Shown in pieces: positions 1 through 8,264 of a DNA stretch of 28,765 nucleotides. Position 1 is the first letter of the stretch. Each line of letters opens with the position of its first letter. The notes beneath the pieces are model-generated. The model was not told the origin of the DNA, did not search any database, and saw nothing but the letters and a program-made list of their open reading frames with translations. The stretch covers positions 1 through 28,765 of the forward strand of contig JBDTXT010000001.1 in the NCBI GenBank assembly GCA_040006035.1, given 5' to 3'. The DNA comes from Pseudonocardiales bacterium. Lineage in GTDB: Bacteria; Actinomycetota; Actinomycetes; Mycobacteriales; Jatrophihabitantaceae. The translations under genes were made by a program, and so were the position numbers.

Positions 1-2
1 GC

Positions 3-68
3 ACCAGCAGATACATCTGGTGGATGTTCGACCGCATCGACGATCTGCGACCGCTCCTTCGGGGCTGA
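3..68 (+). CDS. 3' end of an upstream CDS (partial; ...TSRYIWWMFDRIDDLRPLLRG*), product unknown
   Basis: Frame +3 is open from the window edge to TGA at 66-68, with mostly G/C third codon positions; too short to assign a family. Confidence 0.45.
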   Translation, partial: TSRYIWWMFDRIDDLRPLLRG

Positions 69-378
69 CGCTCCGGAGCGACAAGCACGCGCCGACCTGT
101 CGTTCTAGACACCGTGGTCGCAGCTCGTCTGACGCCTCGCGCAGATGAGTGCGTATGCGCTCCGAAAAGCCGACCGGACCGATGAGCGCGCACGCGCGAT
201 CGTCCTCGATAGCAGCGCCGTCACGTCATTCTGGGACGCCGGGGCATCTGAGGTTAATCGCCGCCGGGAGTCCAGAGGAGCCTGACCCGCTCTCCAGACA
301 CCTGTTCTGAGGCGATGATCGTCTCGGGAAGGAGTCGCCTGATGGGTGGGCCACGGCCCGCCGTGATCTGCTGGGGGG

Positions 379-1014
379 GTGAGCGTCCGCCGGGTAAGCG
401 TTCCAGTCGAGCGGCTGGGGCGATGGCTGACCGGCTTCACCGAGCGGCATGGCGCGACGGTGGCCACGGCCGAGGCGGACGAGGTGCAACTGAGCGGCGA
501 CGACGGTGCCCGCGCCTGGGTCGAGGTGCCGTTCGGGCCGATGCCCGCGGTCGCATCCGGCGACGATCCTCGAGACGTCCTGGTCGCCCACGCGGTACGC
601 AGCCGGACGGTCGGCGTGCTGCTCGTGCGCCGGCGGGGTCACGCCGTCGGCGTATTCGCCGGCACCGACCTGCTCGCCTCCAAGGTCGATTCCTCATACG
701 TCCAGGGGACGACGAAGGCTGGCGGGTGGTCGCAGCAGCGCTACGCCAGGCGACGCGACAACCAGGCCCGGGCTGCGTTCGCAGACGCCGCAGAAACCAC
801 CGCCCGCGTCCTGTTGCCCCACGCCGCCAGGCTCGATGCGCTGATCTGTGGCGGGGACCGCGCCGCCGTGGAGGCCGTGCTGGCCGATCCCCGGCTGGGC
901 AAGCTCGCCCTACTGCGCTGCGACCCCTTCCTGTCAGTGCCCGACCCGCGCTTGCGAATCCTGCAGGCCACGCCCGCCCAGTTCCGGACCGTTCAGATCA
1001 CCCTTGATCCGTGA
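379..1014 (+). CDS. acVLRF1-family (Vms1-like release factor) peptidyl-tRNA hydrolase
   Basis: Motifs GVLLVRRRGHAVGVF and SKVDSSYVQGTTKAGGWSQQRYARRRDNQA (GGxSQ catalytic-Gln loop), C-terminal LICGGDRAAV; 211 aa. Confidence 0.88.
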   Translation: MSVRRVSVPVERLGRWLTGFTERHGATVATAEADEVQLSGDDGARAWVEVPFGPMPAVASGDDPRDVLVAHAVRSRTVGVLLVRRRGHAVGVFAGTDLLASKVDSSYVQGTTKAGGWSQQRYARRRDNQARAAFADAAETTARVLLPHAARLDALICGGDRAAVEAVLADPRLGKLALLRCDPFLSVPDPRLRILQATPAQFRTVQITLDP

Positions 1015-3496
1015 CAGCGTCCCGCTCCACCGGCCGCGCCGGCAGCATCGCCGCGAGTATTGCGACCTGCGCCGCGAACATCGGGTCCCGCCAGTAGTTG
1101 GAATGCATGTCGGCACGCGGCCATTGCGTATCGCCCGGAGGGCGGTGCCATTCGGGGTCGGTGGACTCGACCTCGATGGGCGAGTGCGTCGGGAACTTCG
1201 GTGGCGGGCCCGCGGTCACCTGACCGCCCAGGTAGTCGCTGTAGCGCCACAGGTTGCGCCAGCGGGGCTGGCCCCCAGCCACCGTGAGCACGTCGTCACT
1301 CAGCTTGGCCAACTGCGCTACCCCGAAGTACGCGGGGAAATAACGCGCGTACAGGCGGCGCAGCACGCAGCCGAACGATAGGTACGCGACCGACCACAGG
1401 ACCGGTTGGGTGCCCTCCGGTAGCGTCCGCGCCTCCTCGTCGTCGATCGCCCTCAGCTGGAAGAACGTCGCCATGCTGATGACCGTCCCCTGGCTGTGCG
1501 CGGCCACGACGACCCTGCGCGAGGGGCGCTGCTTGTCGCGGGTATGCCAGTACACCCTGGTCACCAGGTCGGGAACGGCCCGCTCGGCGTAACACGGCGC
1601 CGCGAACGGATGCGCAGAGCGTGGCCAGAACGACGCGAGATCCCAAAGAATCCCGACCGATTTGCGAGTCTTCGCGACCCGGAAAGCGGCAGCACCAAGT
1701 CCGACGAGCAGCCCCAGGGTCATCACCGCCAGATACGCCCCGGTCCCTTCGAGGGAACGGGCCGAAAGAAAGCCGCAGTGCAGCACCTTCCCCGACTTCC
1801 CGGCACCGCAGCCGTCCCTGATCGAACCGGTGGACTCATGCCAACGGATCAACGGGTTGCTCGACTTGCGGTTGTAGGCGCTGGCGATCAGCAGCCAGGT
1901 GAAGAACCCGGTGATGGCCAACCCAGCAGACGTCATGACGGCGAGGAACATGTGGGCGAAGTCGACCCGGCGAGCGAGCCAGAAGGTCCGGGTCACCTGC
2001 TTGGCCCGGGCCTTGGCATCGCTCGAGTCCCAGTCGACGTGTCGGTCGCGATAGGCGTCGCGCAGCATCTTGCGGTAGTCGGTCTTTCGTACCCTGCGCG
2101 GGTACATGTGCCGGATCAACCGCCGCCCGGCGAAGAACAGGCCGATCCCTATCACGATGACCGGGAGCATGGCCACCGCCACGGCATAGGCCCGCGTCGC
2201 GTCGCGGATGACGTCGGGAACCACGAACTCCCCGGCCGCGATGGAAACCTCCTTGAAGCCGGGTTTCAGACTGCCGGTGCGCAGCCAACCTGCGGCGAAC
2301 ACGTACAGACCTGACGAGAACACCGCTCCGAGGAAGATCCCCAGCGCGCCGAGCAGGACCGCCGAGCAGTCCCACAGCGCTCTCGGATCGTCGTGCGCCG
2401 CGCGCTCCTTCGCCCAGCGCCGCGACATGTGGACGATCAACAGGCTGAACGCGATGAACAGAGCCACCAGAGCGATGAAGATCCCCATGGCGGTTCCCGC
2501 GTAGCCGGGCAGTCCGCTCCCGCCGTTGCTCGGCAGCGGTTGGCGCCAGAGCAACGTGTAACCCAGCACCCCCGCGTAGCCCACGACCGCCGCCCAGACG
2601 GCCCAGCTGGTCAGGAACAACGACCTGATCTGCCGTCGGCCGGTGTAGGCCGGGCACAGCAGCACTGCCACGGTGTAAACCGCCACGACTGCGGTGACCC
2701 ACTTGCGCCAGTCATGCCACGCGCCGGACAGCGGGTAGGAGACGATCCAGAGAATCGTGATCAGGCCGGCGAGCAGGTGCAGATGCCGTAGCCGGCGGAC
2801 CTGGTACTCGTTGTCCCACATCCATCGCGATTCGAGGCTCGGCTCGACGTCGTCGGCGCCGCTCTTGTCCGCCTTCGTGACGGTCCGGATCGGGACGCCC
2901 TCGTAGTTGTTGATGGTCCGTCCGCTGAGCTGCCACAGCAGGGCCAGAATCGCTAGCGGAACCAGCGCACCGACGGCGATCCGGTGCTCGTTCGACATGC
3001 GCAGCAACGGATGCATGATCCGTCCCGGCTGTGCCGCCGAACAATCCGGTCCGGCCGGTACGCCCGGCGCGCACTGGTAGGCGAACAGGTCGACGGTCAC
3101 ACCCGCGATGGCGCTGACGATCAGCACGGTCATGGCCAGGGCGAGCAACCTGCTGATGAACCACAGCAACCGCAAACGCCACTCCGAGCGCCCGCCGGGC
3201 CGCAGGCGGGGCGCGACGTTGAGCAGGGTGAACGGCAGCAGCAGCAGCCACAGCGCACGGCTCGGAGCTCCGGAGGTCAGCCCGCCCCAGGCGTATCCCT
3301 CCAGTCGAGGCCCCGTCGTCGCCGGCTTGCCGTCGATCGTGCGCGGATCGCGCTCCTCGTCCGACAGCCGGGGCTTGTAGAAACCGGCCTTCGCATCGCC
3401 AGCCTGCTGCTTTACCAGCGGGGTGTCGAGCAGTTCCTCTGGCGGCGTTCCGGACACGCCGTGCACTCGGATTTCGATGATCTCCGATTCAGTCAT
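998..3496 (-). CDS. Polytopic membrane protein (832 aa) with split alpha/beta-hydrolase-like motifs
   Basis: ATG at 3496 (MTESEIIEIRVHGVSGTPPE) with GGGGAG RBS; about 10-12 hydrophobic segments; C-terminal AAHSQGT, WRNLWRYSDYLGG and HSNYW motifs; start overlaps the stop of the upstream hydrolase by 8 nt. Confidence 0.8.
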   Translation of the reverse strand: MTESEIIEIRVHGVSGTPPEELLDTPLVKQQAGDAKAGFYKPRLSDEERDPRTIDGKPATTGPRLEGYAWGGLTSGAPSRALWLLLLPFTLLNVAPRLRPGGRSEWRLRLLWFISRLLALAMTVLIVSAIAGVTVDLFAYQCAPGVPAGPDCSAAQPGRIMHPLLRMSNEHRIAVGALVPLAILALLWQLSGRTINNYEGVPIRTVTKADKSGADDVEPSLESRWMWDNEYQVRRLRHLHLLAGLITILWIVSYPLSGAWHDWRKWVTAVVAVYTVAVLLCPAYTGRRQIRSLFLTSWAVWAAVVGYAGVLGYTLLWRQPLPSNGGSGLPGYAGTAMGIFIALVALFIAFSLLIVHMSRRWAKERAAHDDPRALWDCSAVLLGALGIFLGAVFSSGLYVFAAGWLRTGSLKPGFKEVSIAAGEFVVPDVIRDATRAYAVAVAMLPVIVIGIGLFFAGRRLIRHMYPRRVRKTDYRKMLRDAYRDRHVDWDSSDAKARAKQVTRTFWLARRVDFAHMFLAVMTSAGLAITGFFTWLLIASAYNRKSSNPLIRWHESTGSIRDGCGAGKSGKVLHCGFLSARSLEGTGAYLAVMTLGLLVGLGAAAFRVAKTRKSVGILWDLASFWPRSAHPFAAPCYAERAVPDLVTRVYWHTRDKQRPSRRVVVAAHSQGTVISMATFFQLRAIDDEEARTLPEGTQPVLWSVAYLSFGCVLRRLYARYFPAYFGVAQLAKLSDDVLTVAGGQPRWRNLWRYSDYLGGQVTAGPPPKFPTHSPIEVESTDPEWHRPPGDTQWPRADMHSNYWRDPMFAAQVAILAAMLPARPVERDAVTDQG

Positions 3497-4496
3497 TCCG
3501 GCTCCCCTGCGCCGTGGAGCGAGCCGACACAACCGAGCGTCGAACCCACTCGAAGGTCGCGGCTGGCTGCTCGATGTGGGCAAAATGCCCGGCCTCGTCG
3601 ATGGACGTCACGCCCGCGTCGGGCAGCACCCGGGCGAACGCTCGCGCATCTGCGGCACCGGTGAACTGGTCGCGAACGCCGAACAGCCCGAACACCGGAA
3701 CGGCGATACGCGGCCAGTCCGTTCGCGGGTCATGGCTTTTGGCGTTGCGGGCGGCCATACGGAAAGATCTTCCTCGGAAGTCGGTCGACAAGGAAGCACG
3801 AAACGCTGGCCGCGCTCTTTTCGGCTGGGCGAGAAATGGTCGAAGCACCAGGGGCATGAGTCGGACGCGAGACAATGCCGCCAGCAGGATTGGGGCCAAC
3901 GGCCCCAACAGGCTCAGCGCGACCTGGGTCCGGTAATAGACGGTCGCGCGCGGATGATGTACCAGCGCATTGGCCGGGCGCGCCGCGGCTTCGACGATCG
4001 AGAAATACGCGCCGGACAGGCAGCAGATGGATGTGATCTCCGGTGCGCCCCCACTCGCCATTTCCATCGCCAGGTAGCCGCCCATCGAATGACCGACCAG
4101 ATCCAGTTCGCGGTAGCCCAACTGGGCGCACGCCTGCACCAGAGCCGGCCCGATCGCGGTCGCGTCCAGAGATTCTGGACGACGTTCCGATGCGCCGAAC
4201 CCAGGAAGATCAACAAACAGCACGTTGCCCAGTTCGCCCAGCCGTGGGCCGGCGGCGAGCATCAGGGGGGTCCAGGTCGTCCACGACGCGCCCACTCCGT
4301 GCAGGAATACCGTCACTCGCTCGCTGCCCGGCCGAAACCGGCCATTCAGGGCGTAAAGCGCTCCGGCTGTCGTCTGAATAGTCGCGGCCTCAAGCGTGAA
4401 ATCAGCCGGTTCGCTGCGCAGGTCGTAGGGAAAGTACGTGCGTTCGACGCCGGTCACTCGCCGAGTAAATGGCGATAACGACGCGAAGTCCAGCAC
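3489..4496 (-). CDS. Alpha/beta-fold hydrolase (serine esterase/lipase type)
   Basis: VFLHGVG oxyanion motif, VDLPGFG, GHSMGG nucleophile elbow, GVRDQF acid and AGHFAHIE His motifs. Start uncertain (GTG 4496 or GTG 4457). Confidence 0.88.
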   Translation of the reverse strand: MLDFASLSPFTRRVTGVERTYFPYDLRSEPADFTLEAATIQTTAGALYALNGRFRPGSERVTVFLHGVGASWTTWTPLMLAAGPRLGELGNVLFVDLPGFGASERRPESLDATAIGPALVQACAQLGYRELDLVGHSMGGYLAMEMASGGAPEITSICCLSGAYFSIVEAAARPANALVHHPRATVYYRTQVALSLLGPLAPILLAALSRVRLMPLVLRPFLAQPKRARPAFRASLSTDFRGRSFRMAARNAKSHDPRTDWPRIAVPVFGLFGVRDQFTGAADARAFARVLPDAGVTSIDEAGHFAHIEQPAATFEWVRRSVVSARSTAQGSRND

Positions 4497-4523
4497 CTAC
4501 AACCGTTGTGTGACACTCGCGTG

Positions 4524-6737
4524 GTGGAAGTTCGGCAGCCGGCATCGACCGTGGATCGGTCCTTGCTCGACGGCGTGCTCGCGGTGGTGCGGGAACTGGG
4601 CGGAAATATCGAGCTCGGGGAGGCGCTGAAACTGATCGTCGGCGCCGCGGCCGGAGTGCTGGGCTTCGGGGCAGCCGCCATCAATGTCACCACTCCCGAA
4701 GGCGACTTGCGCGTCGAGGCGGTCGTGGGTCCGCCGGGCATCGAGGAACTGGTGGGCACGCGTCGGCCCATGGAGTTCTGGCGCGAACTGCTCGCGGCGG
4801 CCGAGCCGTGGGGCGAGCTGCGCTACTTCAGTCACGAGCGTGATCAAAGTCTGGTTGATCAATTCACCACGTGGATGCCGCCCAGCCCAGCGGGCCCGGA
4901 ACCGGATGCCTGGCATCCCGAGGACACGCTCCTCGCGCCGCTGTGGGACGACGAACGGCGCCTGATCGGCGCAATCAGTGTGGATCAACCGAGATCCGGC
5001 CGGCGCCCGGACATCGAACAGTGCACTGTGCTCGAGGTCTTCGCCGGCCAGGCCGCGCGAGCCATCTGCGACGCCCAGGCGCGCCAGATCGCCCGGGCTC
5101 ACCGACTCGAGGTCGAGTCTCGCTGGCGGTTGGCTTTCGAACACAGCCCGACCGCGGCAGCGCTCGTCGGCACAGACGGGCGTATGACGCAGGTCAACGA
5201 TGCCTTCGTCGCGCTGTTGGGCTATACGCGTGAGCAGCTGATGGGGAGGACATTTGCCGAGGTCACGCATCCGGACGATGTGCGGAGCAGTGTTGACATG
5301 TTCGCCGAACTCATCGCCGGCCAGCGAGACAGCTACCAACTGGAGAAGCGCTACATCCGGGCCGACGGGCAGCTCGTCTGCGCGCTGCTGCATGTCGGCG
5401 CCATCCGTGACGAAGGCGGGACCGTCCAGACCATCGTGTCGCAGATCAGCGACATCACCGAGCGAAAGGTGGCCGAGGAGCGACGGACCCACCAGCTCTC
5501 GCATGATCAACTCACCGGGCTGCCCAACCGGTCCCACCTCGGCCGCGTGCTGTCCGAGTACCTGGCCGCGCGACAGCACGTGGGTGTGTTGTTCTGCGAC
5601 ATCGACCGGTTCAAGACGATCAACGACAGCCTCGGCCGGCGCGCTGGCGACGAGCTGTTGCGTTCTGTGGCCCGGCGCCTGAGCGCCGCGGTTCCCAGTG
5701 GCTGCACCATCGGGCGGGTCGGCGGCGACGAGTTCGTTGTCCTCGCACCCGGCGAGCATGATCCACCAGCCCTGCGCCGTCTCGGCGAGAAACTATTGGC
5801 GGCGCTGCGCGAGCCGTTGGCGATCGGCGGCTTCCGGCCCACTCTCGGCGTGAGCATCGGCGCAGCCGCGAGCGTGTCCTGGGACCAGCATCCTGATGAC
5901 CTCATCCGCGATGCTGAGCACGCGCTCTCGCGGGCGAAGGCACACGGTCGCGGCCTCGTCGAGGTCTACGACCCGCATCACGATCACCCGACGACGCTGG
6001 AAGACCTGCGGCTAGAGGAAGACCTGCGGCACGCGATCGACACCGGGACCGGGCTGCAGGCCCATCTCCAGTCGATCGTCAGCCTGGTCGATGAATCCGT
6101 GGTCGGCGTGGAATCGCTCATGCGCTGGCAGCATCCCGAACGGGGCCTGCTCGGTCCGGCGGATTTTCTGCGCATGGCTGAAGAGAGCGGCCTGATCGTG
6201 CCGCTCGGGTGGCGGATGCTCGAACTCGGCGTGCAGGCGGCGGCTAACTTCTCCGACAAGGCGCGCCACGGCGACTGGATCGCGGTCAACGTCTCGGGCA
6301 GCCAACTCGGCCGCGAGGTGCTGCCAGCCGAAGTACGGCGCGTCCTGGCCGTCAACCACGTCTCGCCGCACCGGCTGCACATCGAAATCACCGAGACGGT
6401 GTTGGTCGACGCCTCGCCCCAGGCCATCCGCGAGGTGCACGAGGTCGCCGACATGGGCGTCAGCATCGCGCTGGACGACTTCGGCACAGGGTATTCGTCG
6501 CTGTCCTTGCTGCGCGATCTGCCGATCAGCGTCGTCAAGATCGACCGCAGTTTCATCGCGCCGATAGCCGAGGATCGCCGTACCGCGGCGCTCGTTCGCA
6601 GCGTCGTCGCGATGTGCAGCTCGCTCGGCATCAGCACCGTGGCCGAAGGTGTCGAGACCCGCGAGCAGCTCGCTCTGGTCAGGGCATTCGGCTGCGATCA
6701 CGCGCAGGGTTACCTGTTCGGTCCTCCGGCCCCGTGA
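4524..6737 (+). CDS. Cytoplasmic GAF-PAS-GGDEF-EAL diguanylate cyclase/phosphodiesterase
   Basis: GAF (AWHPEDTLLAPL...GAISVD), PAS (EVTHPDD), FCDIDRFKTINDSLG, RVGGDEF, GVESLMRW, IEITET, LDDFGTGYSS, AEGVET, AQGY. Start uncertain (TTG 4506, GTG 4521/4524/4551); 4524 chosen for a GACACT-N6-GTG arrangement. Confidence 0.93.
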   Translation: MEVRQPASTVDRSLLDGVLAVVRELGGNIELGEALKLIVGAAAGVLGFGAAAINVTTPEGDLRVEAVVGPPGIEELVGTRRPMEFWRELLAAAEPWGELRYFSHERDQSLVDQFTTWMPPSPAGPEPDAWHPEDTLLAPLWDDERRLIGAISVDQPRSGRRPDIEQCTVLEVFAGQAARAICDAQARQIARAHRLEVESRWRLAFEHSPTAAALVGTDGRMTQVNDAFVALLGYTREQLMGRTFAEVTHPDDVRSSVDMFAELIAGQRDSYQLEKRYIRADGQLVCALLHVGAIRDEGGTVQTIVSQISDITERKVAEERRTHQLSHDQLTGLPNRSHLGRVLSEYLAARQHVGVLFCDIDRFKTINDSLGRRAGDELLRSVARRLSAAVPSGCTIGRVGGDEFVVLAPGEHDPPALRRLGEKLLAALREPLAIGGFRPTLGVSIGAAASVSWDQHPDDLIRDAEHALSRAKAHGRGLVEVYDPHHDHPTTLEDLRLEEDLRHAIDTGTGLQAHLQSIVSLVDESVVGVESLMRWQHPERGLLGPADFLRMAEESGLIVPLGWRMLELGVQAAANFSDKARHGDWIAVNVSGSQLGREVLPAEVRRVLAVNHVSPHRLHIEITETVLVDASPQAIREVHEVADMGVSIALDDFGTGYSSLSLLRDLPISVVKIDRSFIAPIAEDRRTAALVRSVVAMCSSLGISTVAEGVETREQLALVRAFGCDHAQGYLFGPPAP

Positions 6738-7536
6738 TCGTGATGATCGGGACGGCGCGCGGCGGCGTCCACTGATCGCGCGATATCAGCACTTCGCGCA
6801 GCAGGTCCGGCCGATCGGTGATGATGCCGGAAACACCGGCGTCGAGCAGCCGGTGCATCTCGTGCGGATCGTCCACGGTCCACACGATGATCGAGATGCC
6901 CACGGCGCGGGCGCGCGCGATCAGCCGCTCGCCGTACACGGGCAATCGCCCCACCCGCAGCGGCACGTGCGCGAACGCACCGCTCAGTCGCATCCGGGCC
7001 AGGCCGACGCGAGCGTGGCTGCTGGCGACGAGCGTTGCGAGATGACGCCAGCCGAGTGCGGTGTTCAAGTCGGGCCCTACCTGCTCCCGTAGCCGCCGCA
7101 GCCAACTGTCCCAAGCACCGGCGACGCACACGCGGTGCGCCGAGCCCGTCTGGATCAGCACTCGCGCCAGCTCACCGATGCCGGCCTCGTCCTTGAGGTC
7201 GATCGTGAAACACGCGTCCGGGAAATGTTCGAGCAACTCGGTCAGCGTCGGGATGGTATGCAAGTTGCCGACACGGAGCCGACGCACGTCGGCCAGGCTC
7301 CGCCCGTTGATCGCCCCACGGCCGTCCGTGACGCGATCGAGGGTGGCATCGTGGAAGACCACGAGGGCGCCGTCCGCGGTCAGTCGCACGTCGGTCTCGA
7401 GGTAGCGCACCCCGAGGGCGTAGGAACGGGCGAAGGCGTCGATCGTGTTCTCGGCCGCCAGGCCGGCGCCGCCGCGGTGCGCGATGGCCAGCACCCCGCG
7501 CCCGTCGCCGTACCGCATCGGTGCCAAAGCTTCCAT
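6679..7536 (-). CDS. Glycerophosphodiester phosphodiesterase (GDPD) family protein
   Basis: AIAHRGG...AENT, YLETDVRLTADG, VVFHD, TIDLK, WTVDD, GIITDRP motifs; start reassigned to ATG 7536; 3' end overlaps the convergent EAL gene by 59 nt. Confidence 0.93.
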   Translation of the reverse strand: MEALAPMRYGDGRGVLAIAHRGGAGLAAENTIDAFARSYALGVRYLETDVRLTADGALVVFHDATLDRVTDGRGAINGRSLADVRRLRVGNLHTIPTLTELLEHFPDACFTIDLKDEAGIGELARVLIQTGSAHRVCVAGAWDSWLRRLREQVGPDLNTALGWRHLATLVASSHARVGLARMRLSGAFAHVPLRVGRLPVYGERLIARARAVGISIIVWTVDDPHEMHRLLDAGVSGIITDRPDLLREVLISRDQWTPPRAVPIITITGPEDRTGNPARDRSRMP

Positions 7537-7725
7537 GGCGTCTACTCTGCCGCGTTCCGAGGGGCAGAAATGGCCATCGGGGGGGCGCCCCGCGAAACGT
7601 TCACCAGAGCTTCGCCTGCCCGCCGCCCGCCGTTGACACCCGTACGGGGTGCGCCACGCCGACTCGGCACAGGCCGTTGCCGCTGCCGACACAATGCCGT
7701 CCATCTGACTGGCAGAGTTGGTGGC

Positions 7726-8256
7726 GTGCGCACCCACCTGCCGACCGAGCACGGCTTAGAACTGCGCTCGTGGCGCGTGACGGACGGCCCGATGCTGCTC
7801 AGTTCGCTCGCGCCGGAGGAGATGCAACGCCAGTTCGGGCGGGTGATCGACACGGTGCCGGTTGCCGAGGAGTGGATAGCCGCGGGGCAGCTCGGCTGGC
7901 GCGACTACGCGGCGTACTCCTGGACGGCCGTCGCCGGTTCGCAGGTCGTCGGCTCGGCGACCGTGTCAGCGGTGGACCGCACGCACGACACCGGGTGGTT
8001 CTCCTACTGGACCGCCGATTGTGCCCGAGGCACTGGAGTAGCCACGGCAGCGACCCGGGCCGTCGCCGATTGGGCGTTGAGCGACCTGGGTCTGTTCCGG
8101 CTCGAGTTGGGGCACCGCACGAACAATCCCGCCTCCTGTGCGGTCGCCAGCCGCGCCGGGTTCGCGATCGAAGGGCTGCAACGGGCCAAACTGCGCTACG
8201 GCGGGGAGCGGTTCGACGTGGAGATACATTCGCGACTGGCCACGGACCGACGGTAG
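7726..8256 (+). CDS. GNAT N-acetyltransferase, RimJ/RimL type
   Basis: SYWTADCARGTGVATAA acetyl-CoA-binding motif and LFRLELGHRTNNPASCAVASRAGFAIEG; GTG start at 7726 inferred. Confidence 0.88.
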   Translation: MRTHLPTEHGLELRSWRVTDGPMLLSSLAPEEMQRQFGRVIDTVPVAEEWIAAGQLGWRDYAAYSWTAVAGSQVVGSATVSAVDRTHDTGWFSYWTADCARGTGVATAATRAVADWALSDLGLFRLELGHRTNNPASCAVASRAGFAIEGLQRAKLRYGGERFDVEIHSRLATDRR

Positions 8257-8264
8257 GTGCAGGC

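Noticed and set aside
265-345. Riboswitch-like structure (TCCAGA direct repeat, AGGCGA/TCGCCT hairpin) upstream of acVLRF1
   Set aside because: Short, imperfect pairings and no match to glycine, SAM or other riboswitch consensus that I can recognise.
7633-7648. TTGACA followed by palindrome CCCGTACGGG in the GDPD/GNAT spacer
   Set aside because: No -10 element at 16-18 nt spacing; a 10-bp palindrome is unremarkable in GC-rich DNA.
7521-8264. N-terminal 248-aa extension of the ADH ORF suggesting a fusion
   Set aside because: The extension overlaps the GNAT gene in another frame and is low-complexity; ADH similarity starts at ATG 8265.
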